Below, piece after piece: positions 8,724 to 16,168 of a stretch of DNA of 32,000 bases (the first letter of the stretch is position 1; the number at the start of each line of letters is the position of its first letter). Origin of the DNA: Horticoccus luteus (GTDB lineage: Bacteria > Verrucomicrobiota > Verrucomicrobiia > Opitutales > Opitutaceae); NCBI RefSeq assembly GCF_019464535.1, contig NZ_CP080507.1, positions 3,990,001 to 4,022,000 of the forward strand, in the 5' to 3' direction. The notes under the pieces are model-generated. The model ran no database searches, had not been told where the DNA came from, and was given only the letters and a program-made list of their open reading frames with translations. A program made the position numbers and the translations under genes.

Positions 8724-9082
8724 CGGCTAGCCTCCCGAGGAGACACGCCCGGCTCAGTGAAAACCGAACCGAGAGGGTTTTGACTGAGCGCAAAGACTTC
8801 GAAGTGGATGGACTGTCGGGCGAGGCGGCGTTCGTTCTGGGTGCGCCCGACCATCGCTGCCGGCACCACGCCTACCAAGGCGGCCACCGCGAGCGCCGCC
8901 AAGGCCATTCGCGGTTCACCGAACAGGTCGCGCACGTCCAACATCGAGAGAACGCGACTCCAGCTTGACTGCTTCCGGCGCTGCTCGATCTCGCCCCAAA
9001 CATCAGCGCGGGACGGACCCTTGAAAGTCGGAAGGGGGTTTTTGGCGTAGTCCGCCAGCATGGAGTCGAGATCGTTGCTCAT
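8720..9082 (-). CDS. Single-pass membrane protein, candidate anti-sigma factor (CnrY-like position)
   Basis: First gene of the operon. It has one TM segment (RMALAALAVAALVGVVPAAMV). Its stop overlaps the start of the sensor gene (ATGA at 8720-8723). The functional call rests on gene order only. Confidence 0.5.
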   Translation of the reverse strand: MSNDLDSMLADYAKNPLPTFKGPSRADVWGEIEQRRKQSSWSRVLSMLDVRDLFGEPRMALAALAVAALVGVVPAAMVGRTQNERRLARQSIHFEVFALSQNPLGSVFTEPGVSPREASR

Positions 9083-9272
9083 GGTTGGTTTAACGTAGGA
9101 AGAAGGGGTTTTCCCTCAAGATTCTATCGTCTTCGGACGCGGGGGGGGGCGCGGTTGGGAAAACGGCGCGGACAAAATATGCGCAGTTCTCGGCAAGAAC
9201 TGCCCGAGGGGCGGCGCTTGGTTGGGGAGTATAACCTCATGTCAACAAGACGAACTCAACCCAATCCCCGCC

Positions 9273-9680
9273 ATGAATACCAAATCATTCCTCAAGCCGG
9301 CCAGTCTCAGCGTTGGCCTGCTTTTCGCCACCCTCTTCGCCAGTAATGCCATCGCCGGCCCCGGCCCCCAGTATTGGGCGGCGCAAGGCAAGCCGAAGGC
9401 CGACCCGGTCGCCAAGGCCGACGTCGCCCCGGTCACACTGTGTGCCGGTGCCGAGGTCGTCACCGACACAATCATGAAGCCTGCAATGGCCAACGGCAAA
9501 GGCCCTCTGGTCGCCACCAAGATTGGCACTAAGACCGTCTGCCACATGTGCCCGGTCACCACGGTCGTTACCAGGAACTCCCTGCCCAACGGCAAGGGGA
9601 CGCCTGTCACCACTGAAGTGACCAAGGTTGGCGCCGAGCACAACTGCGCCAAATGCACCGGCACGCCGGTCAAGGCCTGA
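9273..9680 (+). CDS. Secreted Cys-motif protein with internal duplication (135 aa), putative metal-binding
   Basis: Signal peptide MNTKSFLKPASLSVGLLFATLFASNAIA. Two related modules are present: ANGKGPLVATKIGTKTVCHMC and PNGKGTPVTTEVTKVGAEHNCAKC. It is divergent from the ECF operon. Confidence 0.6.
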   Translation: MNTKSFLKPASLSVGLLFATLFASNAIAGPGPQYWAAQGKPKADPVAKADVAPVTLCAGAEVVTDTIMKPAMANGKGPLVATKIGTKTVCHMCPVTTVVTRNSLPNGKGTPVTTEVTKVGAEHNCAKCTGTPVKA

Positions 9681-9776
9681 TCTGGATCTTTCAGAGCGTG
9701 CTCCAGTGGTCCTCCTAGTCACCCATCCCGCCGCCCGTTGCCGACCGTAGCGGGCGGCCCCCGTCTCGCCCTCTAA

Positions 9777-10427
9777 ATGAAACCATCCTCCGTCGCACTG
9801 CTCCTGTCCGGATTGCTCTTGCTCGTATCAGGCTGCACCGTCCCCCCCTCGGGGGCAGAGAAGCAAGCGCGCAACGAGTCAACCCGCCTCGGACAGGTGC
9901 TGCACGCGGCTGATCAAGCCGTTCCAGCGCCACAGGCTCCGCTCGCCGACTACCTCAGGTTTGCGGTGCTAAGGCATCCGCAAGTGCGCGCCGCCTACAG
10001 CGATTGGCAGGCGACCGTGTTGGCGCACCCACCCGGGCGCTGCCAGATCCACAGCTGACGTTCGAGGCTGACGTGGCGGACACGCTGATGACCTTCATGC
10101 CTGGGCTGATGTTCGACTTCATGACGCCCGGCAAGCGCCGGGCCATGGCAAATGAAATGACCGCGGCCAGCCAGGTCAGCTACCGCACCTACGTTGCATC
10201 TGGGAGCCGCCGATGTCCTGCCGGATGCGACGGTGGTCGGCGGTTCCGACGATTACGAGTATTGGGGAGCCGACTTGAGGCTACCGTATCGTATCTCGTG
10301 GCACACCACTTTGGCCTTGAGTGCACACTACGCTGAGGCAGCGGATGCGGATCGCTACTGGTCGCCCCGTTTGGCTGGTCCGGGCCGAAGGGCCTGGTTT
10401 GGCTTCAGCACCAGCTATACGTTTTGA
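9777..10427 (+). pseudogene. Decayed outer-membrane protein gene(s): a frameshifted N-terminal fragment of a TolC/CusC-type lipoprotein joined to the C-terminal end of a beta-barrel protein
   Basis: Frame 1 gives lipobox LLLVSGC plus ADYLRFAVLRHPQVRAAYSDWQA. The sequence then continues in another frame (LPDPQLTFEADVADTL...MTPGKRRAMANEMTAASQVSYRTYV) and breaks off. A third frame ends ...WFGFSTSYTF-stop, a typical barrel terminus. About 135 aa of an expected ~450 remain. Confidence 0.6.
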
Positions 10428-10503
10428 GGTTTGGGGGCGCGAAAAGTTGAGGGATTGGGGCGATCTGCGGCGTTTAAGGTCCCGAACGCTCAAAATAAAT
10501 CCT

Positions 10504-10893
10504 ATGCAATTCTTCCGCTCTCTCTCTCTCGCAGTGGCGCTCCTCAGCGTCGCTGCCTTCAGCAACACCGCTTTCGCCCACGACGGTCACAACAAGGACA
10601 AGGGACAGTTGGTCCCCGTGACCGAAAAAGATGCCGCGTGGGTCGCGAAAGCCAAAGCCGAGTATCCGACCACCGCTTGCATCGTCTCCGAGGACAAGCT
10701 CGGTGGCGACATGGGCAAGCCCGTGGACTTCATCTACCGCGTCGAGGGCCAGCCTGATCGCCTTATCAGCTTTTGCTGCAAGGACTGCGTGAAGGATTTT
10801 AACAAGGATCCCGAGAAGTATCTGAAGGTGCTTGATGGCGCCGCGGCCAAGAAGGATGGCAGCGCGCACGCCGAGCATCAGCACAAGAAGTAA
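10504..10893 (+). CDS. Secreted YHS/TRASH-domain metal-binding protein (129 aa)
   Basis: Signal peptide MQFFRSLSLAVALLSVAAFSNTAFA. YHS-like motif LISFCCKDCVKDFNKDPEKYL. His-rich tail SAHAEHQHKK. Confidence 0.7.
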   Translation: MQFFRSLSLAVALLSVAAFSNTAFAHDGHNKDKGQLVPVTEKDAAWVAKAKAEYPTTACIVSEDKLGGDMGKPVDFIYRVEGQPDRLISFCCKDCVKDFNKDPEKYLKVLDGAAAKKDGSAHAEHQHKK

Positions 10894-10905
10894 TTCTCTT
10901 CCTGC

Positions 10906-10953
10906 GGGACGCCTCGTGACGCCGATCTGTCGGCCGCGAGGCGTCCCCTTTTC
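10906..10953 (+). terminator. Possible terminator/attenuator hairpin after the YHS gene
   Basis: Perfect 11-bp arms GGGACGCCTCG (10906-10916) / CGAGGCGTCCC (10937-10947), then CTTTTCC. The loop is long (20 nt). Confidence 0.4.
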
Positions 10954-10957
10954 CACG

Positions 10958-11401
10958 GTGCAAATCCCCGAGCTTCTTGGCCGGCTCCATCCGGCGCTGC
11001 TTCATTTCCCAGTGGCATTGCTGGTGTTGGCCTCCGCACTGGAGGGCCTGCGCGGCTTTCGAGACTCGGACTTTCTCGGGCGCGCCGTCGCAAGCCTTTT
11101 TGGCCTGGGTGCACTGGCCGCGCTCCTGGCGGTGGGCAGCGGCTGGCTGCTCGCCGCCCATGAGCATATCCGTTCGGATCAAAAGGCGGTGCTGGAACTG
11201 CACCGCTGGCTGGCTGTGGGCACGGCCGTCTGGGCGATCGGAGCATGGGCCTGCGCCCGCGCTTGGCGCGAAGCGACCACGCCCGGCAGGATCTGGACCC
11301 GGCGGGCGGTGGCGGCGCTTACTTGCGGATTGATCACCGCATCCGCGCACGCCGGGGCAGTCCTCGTTTGGGGCAAAGACTGGTTTACCTTTACGTCATG
11401 A
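10958..11401 (+). CDS. DUF2231-like integral membrane protein
   Basis: LHPALLHFPVALLVLA signature near the N-terminus and about four TM helices. The GTG start at 10958 was chosen because it follows the hairpin and the YHS stop. Its stop overlaps the start of the next gene. Confidence 0.55.
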   Translation: MQIPELLGRLHPALLHFPVALLVLASALEGLRGFRDSDFLGRAVASLFGLGALAALLAVGSGWLLAAHEHIRSDQKAVLELHRWLAVGTAVWAIGAWACARAWREATTPGRIWTRRAVAALTCGLITASAHAGAVLVWGKDWFTFTS

Positions 11402-12858
11402 TGAATCGATCGACCTTGTATTCTCCCGGAGTGTGGCGCGCCGGCCTCCTCGGCATGGCCGGCATAATCTTCCTGGCCGGGTGTGCGACCAACCCCAAGG
11501 CCAGCTTGCCTGCGGTGCAGGAGGCAGTGGCCAGCCGGAGTGGACTCCAGGTGACGTGGCGGCAAACTGAGGCCGAGCGCGACGAGGCTGAGCGGGCGAT
11601 CACGACGTTGCTGGCTGAGGAATTGTCTCCGGAGCGGGCGGTGGAAATCGCCGTGATCAACAATCGCGAGCTGCGCGCGACCTTTGAGGACTTGGGAGTG
11701 TCGCAGTCCGAGCTGATTGCAGCGTCCCGGTTGAGGAATCCGAGTTTCGGCGTCGGCGTGCGCTGGCCCAAGGATCGTCCGCGCGGCCCCAACGTGGAGT
11801 TTTCAATCGCAGCCGACCTGCTCGACAGTGTGCTCTTACCCGTGCGCAGGAGTGTCGCCCGCGAGCAGCTCAGCCAAGCTGAGCAACGGGTAGCCCACGC
11901 GGTGCTCAGTCTCGCCGCGGAGGTCAAGACGGCGGTCTATGCCGTGGAAGCCCGGCAGCAGCTGCGGGTGCGGTTGGCTTCGGTCGTGGACGTAAACGCG
12001 GCGGCGACCGATCTTGCGCAGCGCCAGTTCCAAGCCGGAAACATCAATCAGCTCGAACTCGCGAACCAGCAGATGGCGGAACAGGAGGCGCGCCTGGGGT
12101 TGATGCAGGCGGAGGCGCAATTGCGAGCCGACCGCGAGCAACTCAATCGGTTGCTGGGTTTGTCGGGGAGGCAGACCGGCTGGACGCTGCCCGCGGAACT
12201 GCCTCCGCTGCCCGAAGCGGACGGCTTGCCAGACAATATCGAAGACCTTGCGGTGACACAGCGGCTCGACGTGGCGGCGATGAAGACGGACGTGGCCCTG
12301 GCCGAGAAGGCGCTGCGCTTGAAGCAGAAGACGCGGCTGCTTCCAGCTTCGATCGATCTCGGTCTCGATACTGAGCGCGATTCGGACGGCGGCCGGGTGA
12401 CCGGCCCCCGTCTGGAGTTCGCCCTGCCGATTTTTGATCAGGGGCAAGCGGAGCTGGCACGACTGGCGGCCGAACTGAGGCGCGCGAGTGCTCGCTACGA
12501 GGGATTGGCGAACGACGTTCGCTCGCAAGTCCGGGCGGGTCGCGACGCGCTGCTAGCGGCGCGCGAGGCGGCGGAGTATTATCAAAAGAGTCTTGTGCCG
12601 CAGCGGCGCACGCTGCTGCGGGAAACCCTCCTGCACTACAACGCCATGCAGAAGAGTAGTTACGAGTTACTGGCGGCCAAGGAACGTCTGCTCAACACCG
12701 AGCGAGAGAGTGTCGAAGCGTTGCGGGAGTATTGGACGGCCCGCACCGCCCTCGAAATGTCGTTAGGCGGTCGATTGCGATATGTCCCGGCGGCCGAGTC
12801 CGCGGCAGCCAAGGAAGAAGCGGTGCCCGAACATCAACATCAACACGGCAAGAACTAA
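11398..12858 (+). CDS. TolC-family outer-membrane efflux lipoprotein (CusC/CzcC-like)
   Basis: Lipobox IIFLAGCAT and two tandem long coiled-coil/barrel repeats typical of outer-membrane factors (486 aa). C-terminal tail PEHQHQHGKN. Confidence 0.85.
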   Translation: MMNRSTLYSPGVWRAGLLGMAGIIFLAGCATNPKASLPAVQEAVASRSGLQVTWRQTEAERDEAERAITTLLAEELSPERAVEIAVINNRELRATFEDLGVSQSELIAASRLRNPSFGVGVRWPKDRPRGPNVEFSIAADLLDSVLLPVRRSVAREQLSQAEQRVAHAVLSLAAEVKTAVYAVEARQQLRVRLASVVDVNAAATDLAQRQFQAGNINQLELANQQMAEQEARLGLMQAEAQLRADREQLNRLLGLSGRQTGWTLPAELPPLPEADGLPDNIEDLAVTQRLDVAAMKTDVALAEKALRLKQKTRLLPASIDLGLDTERDSDGGRVTGPRLEFALPIFDQGQAELARLAAELRRASARYEGLANDVRSQVRAGRDALLAAREAAEYYQKSLVPQRRTLLRETLLHYNAMQKSSYELLAAKERLLNTERESVEALREYWTARTALEMSLGGRLRYVPAAESAAAKEEAVPEHQHQHGKN

Positions 12859-12873
12859 ACTGCCCACGCTTCC

Positions 12874-14313
12874 ATGAAACCCGAACTTTCCCGACGTGAC
12901 TTCCTCGCGATGGCGGGCGGCGCCGCTCTCGCGCTGCCCACGGCGACCTTGCTCGCCAGCGGCAGCGAAACGGCACCCAAGCCCACGAGTGACGGCACCA
13001 CCCGTCCCTTTCAGCCGCCCGGATCGCCGGGTTACCGGCCGGTCATCACCCCCAACGGCCTTACCTTGCCGTGGAAGATGGTCGACGGTGTGAAGGTCTT
13101 TCACCTCGTGGCCGAACCGGTGCTTCATGAGTTCGCTCCCGGCCTGGTGGCCAATTGCTGGGGCTACAACGGACGTGTGCACGGCCCGACGATCGAGGCG
13201 GTCGAGGGTGACCGGGTGCGCATCTACGTCACGAACCGACTCGAGGCGCCGACCACGGTCCACTGGCACGGGGTATTGCTCCCGAGCGGTATGGATGGCG
13301 TTGGCGGCGTCAGCCAAAAGGCAATTCAGCCCGGTGAGACCTACAAATACGAGTTCACGCTCCGCCAGCACGGCACGCTGATGTATCACTCCCATCATGA
13401 TGAGATGACCCAGATGCAGCTCGGCATGATGGGGCTGCTTATCATCCACCCGAAAAATCCGAAAGCGCCGCCGCCGGATCGCGACTACGCGATCATGCTC
13501 TCGGAATGGAAGATTGAAGTCGGAGCCAAGCGACCCGATCCGAACGAGATGACGGATTTCAATGTCTTCACCATGAACGGCCGCAGCTTTCCCGGCACAC
13601 AGGCGCTCGTGGCGAGAAAGGGCGAGCGGGTCCGCATTCGCATCGGCAACCTGAGCACGATGAGTCATCACGCGATCCACCTGCATGGCTACTATTTCAA
13701 GGTGGTCGCGACGGATGGCGGCGAGATTCCCGAGAGCGGCCAATGGCCTGAGACGACGGTCCATATGCCCACCGGGAGCACCCGGACCATCGAGTTCGTG
13801 GCTGACGAGCCAGGCGACTGGGTCATGCACTGCCATATGCTCCACCACGTCATGACTCAGATGGGGCATCAGTTCGGAAACCTGATCGGCATCAACACCG
13901 AGGGCCTGAACAAGAAGATCAGACCGTTGGTGCCCGGATACATGACCATGGGCGAAACCGGCATGGGGGACATGGGCGACATGGGGATGACCGTGCCGCC
14001 GAACAGCCTGCCGATGGTGGGAGGACCCGGCCAGTATGACTACATCACGATGGGCGGCATGTTCACGATTCTGAAGGTCCGCGACGAATTGCCGGCCGAC
14101 GGGTCGGAACCGGGTTGGTATCAGTCGCCAGCCGGCACGCTGGCGCTGCCCGCCCCGGAGGAAGACTTGCGGCGCGATGGCATCGCGCTGGTGGCGGCCA
14201 CCGCCAAGCTCGAAGCCCGGGGGCAGCGCGTGGAGATCTGCGACCCGGCGGCCCTGGTCAAGAACGACGGGCCTCGTCAGGCGACGGCCCGGGTCAAGGT
14301 GGCGATACAGTGA
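12874..14313 (+). CDS. Tat-exported multicopper oxidase (CopA/CueO-type)
   Basis: Tat motif SRRDFLAMAGGAALALP. Copper ligand motifs HWHG, YHSHH, HLHG and HCHMLHHVMTQM. Met-rich loop GYMTMGETGMGDMGDMGMT. Confidence 0.9.
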   Translation: MKPELSRRDFLAMAGGAALALPTATLLASGSETAPKPTSDGTTRPFQPPGSPGYRPVITPNGLTLPWKMVDGVKVFHLVAEPVLHEFAPGLVANCWGYNGRVHGPTIEAVEGDRVRIYVTNRLEAPTTVHWHGVLLPSGMDGVGGVSQKAIQPGETYKYEFTLRQHGTLMYHSHHDEMTQMQLGMMGLLIIHPKNPKAPPPDRDYAIMLSEWKIEVGAKRPDPNEMTDFNVFTMNGRSFPGTQALVARKGERVRIRIGNLSTMSHHAIHLHGYYFKVVATDGGEIPESGQWPETTVHMPTGSTRTIEFVADEPGDWVMHCHMLHHVMTQMGHQFGNLIGINTEGLNKKIRPLVPGYMTMGETGMGDMGDMGMTVPPNSLPMVGGPGQYDYITMGGMFTILKVRDELPADGSEPGWYQSPAGTLALPAPEEDLRRDGIALVAATAKLEARGQRVEICDPAALVKNDGPRQATARVKVAIQ

Positions 14314-14323
14314 TTTTCCGTCT

Positions 14324-15397
14324 ATGAAGAAACTCGCATCCCTTTTGTTGCTGGCTGGCGTGGCGTTCAGCTCGAACGCGTTGGCTGGCGAAAAAACCGT
14401 GAGTCGGACGGAAGTCCAGCCGGCGACACAGCCCCAGCTGGCGGCTGACCTGAATGGCGAGGTCTGGCTGACCTACGGTCACGCCGAGGCGATCCTCGTG
14501 CGCCGCTCGGGTGACGGCGGCGAAACCTTTGGGGAGCCGATCAAGGTGGCCACCTTGCCGTCGCTGGCGCTCGGCATGCGCCGCGGACCGCGGATCGCGG
14601 TGCATGGCGATCACGTCACGATCACCGCCATCGGCGACGAGTTGGTATCGTTCCATTCGGGCGACGGCGGTCGGACCTGGTCAGCCGCCGTCACCATCAA
14701 CGATGTGGCCACGAGCGCCCGGGAAGGCTTGCACGACCTCGCCACGGCGCCCGACGGGCGGTTGTTTGTCACCTGGCTCGACCTGCGAGAAGGCGCGATG
14801 ATGGTCTGCGGGGCGGAGTCGGTCGATCACGGCCGGACTTGGAGTAAGAACGAACCTATTTACCGCTCTCCGGACAAGTCCGTCTGCGAGTGCTGCCATC
14901 CGAGCGCGACATTCGACGCGCAGGGAAACCTGGCGGTGATGTGGCGCAACTCCATCGCGGGTTCGCGTGACCTATGGATGGCGACACGAGCTGCCGGGGC
15001 TCGGGAATTCTCGGTTGCCCGCAAACTCGGCCAAGGGACTTGGAAGATTGCCGGTTGCCCGATGGACGGCGGACGGATCGTCGCTTATGGCCACGGCCGG
15101 TTCGGCAGCGTGTGGCAGCGAGCCGGGGAAATCTATTTCACGGCGGACAGCGGCTCAGAAGTCCTGCTTGGCCGCGGCAAACAGCCTGTCGCGGTTGTAT
15201 GCGACGGGAAGGTCTTCGCCTGCTGGCAGGATGGCCCGAACTTGGTCACGGCCCAACTTGGCCAAGGCGCTGCTGCGAAGCACGCGTCCAATGCGAAATT
15301 TGCAACAGCCTTGGCGCTCCCCGGAGGCGGGCTTCTGGTTGCTTATGAGCAGGCGGCCGAGACAAACCCGCCAGGCATTGTGATCGAGCGTTGGTAG
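14324..15397 (+). CDS. Secreted BNR/Asp-box beta-propeller protein (sialidase-fold-like) with Cys motifs
   Basis: Signal peptide MKKLASLLLLAGVAFSSNALA. Asp-box repeats SGDGGETF, SGDGGRTW and SVDHGRTW. Additional CECCHPS and GCPMDGG motifs. Confidence 0.75.
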   Translation: MKKLASLLLLAGVAFSSNALAGEKTVSRTEVQPATQPQLAADLNGEVWLTYGHAEAILVRRSGDGGETFGEPIKVATLPSLALGMRRGPRIAVHGDHVTITAIGDELVSFHSGDGGRTWSAAVTINDVATSAREGLHDLATAPDGRLFVTWLDLREGAMMVCGAESVDHGRTWSKNEPIYRSPDKSVCECCHPSATFDAQGNLAVMWRNSIAGSRDLWMATRAAGAREFSVARKLGQGTWKIAGCPMDGGRIVAYGHGRFGSVWQRAGEIYFTADSGSEVLLGRGKQPVAVVCDGKVFACWQDGPNLVTAQLGQGAAAKHASNAKFATALALPGGGLLVAYEQAAETNPPGIVIERW

Positions 15398-15491
15398 GGT
15401 TCTTGTAAGTGCGGGCCGACCGAGCTTTCGGGTTTGGCGTGAAATCCCATTTCGGTTGAGGGATTTACGAGAATGCCTTCGTTAAAGAAAC

Positions 15492-16139
15492 GTGCAGACG
15501 CTCCCGCAGAGACCAAAGTCAGGAAAAGCCTCTGGTCCGAAGGGGCGAAAACTTTCCATAACGCTGGAGGCGAATAGTGTGCGGGTCTTGGTGGTGGAAC
15601 GGGAACGCTTTCACCGGTTCCTGGCGGCGCGGCTGGGCGATGCGACTGTGGCGGACGATTTGCTACAGGACAGCCTCCTCGTCGCACTGCGCAAAGGCGG
15701 GACCCTGCGTCGGGGTGAGCGGGTGGTCGCTTGGTTTTACCGGATTCTGCGACGGGCGATCGTCGATCACTACCGCCGCCAGGCCCGAGACCGGCTCCGG
15801 CTGGATCGCCTCGGCAAAGAACTTCAAGCGACCGAGAGCGACCGGACGTCGCCGCCCCCGGATTGGGAGGCGGTCGTCTGTGCGTGCTTCGTCGGGTTGC
15901 TTCCGACGCTGAATCCGCGCTACGCCGACGTATTGCGACGGATGGATCTGCGCTCGGGACGCAAAGCTAGCGTCGCCCGTGAGTTGAATCTCACGGTCGC
16001 GACCTTGGATGTCGTGCTGCACCGGGCCCGGGCCCAGTTGCGTGAACGGCTGGAGGTTTTTTGCGGCGCTTGCAGCCGGGAGGGCTGTCTCAACTGTGCC
16101 TGTGAGGTCCGCGAACACCGCCGGACAGAAAAAGTGTAA
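15492..16139 (+). CDS. ECF sigma factor with C-terminal Cys-rich domain (CorE-like)
   Basis: Regions 2 and 4 are recognisable ([13 protein letters not shown]...[16 protein letters not shown]; [44 protein letters not shown]). There is a CAC motif in the linker and a C-terminal [15 protein letters not shown]. No adjacent anti-sigma gene. The start is uncertain (ATG 15492 or an internal GTG). Confidence 0.8.
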   Translation: MQTLPQRPKSGKASGPKGRKLSITLEANSVRVLVVERERFHRFLAARLGDATVADDLLQDSLLVALRKGGTLRRGERVVAWFYRILRRAIVDHYRRQARDRLRLDRLGKELQATESDRTSPPPDWEAVVCACFVGLLPTLNPRYADVLRRMDLRSGRKASVARELNLTVATLDVVLHRARAQLRERLEVFCGACSREGCLNCACEVREHRRTEKV

Positions 16140-16168
16140 GGAATCGGTCCAGCGACCGTCAGCCAGGT

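Noticed and set aside
9242-9722. Minus-strand ORFs antisense to the secreted Cys-motif protein
   Set aside because: The plus-strand product has a clear signal peptide and repeated Cys modules. The antisense products are Gly/Arg-rich.
12763-13869. 368-aa minus-strand ORF antisense to the multicopper oxidase
   Set aside because: The plus strand carries all four copper-ligand motifs. The antisense product is low-complexity and Arg/His-rich.
15442-15466. Hairpin AAATCCC-N11-GGGATTT after the BNR gene as a terminator
   Set aside because: The stem is short at 7 bp, the loop is 11 nt, and no T-tract follows. It is not convincing.
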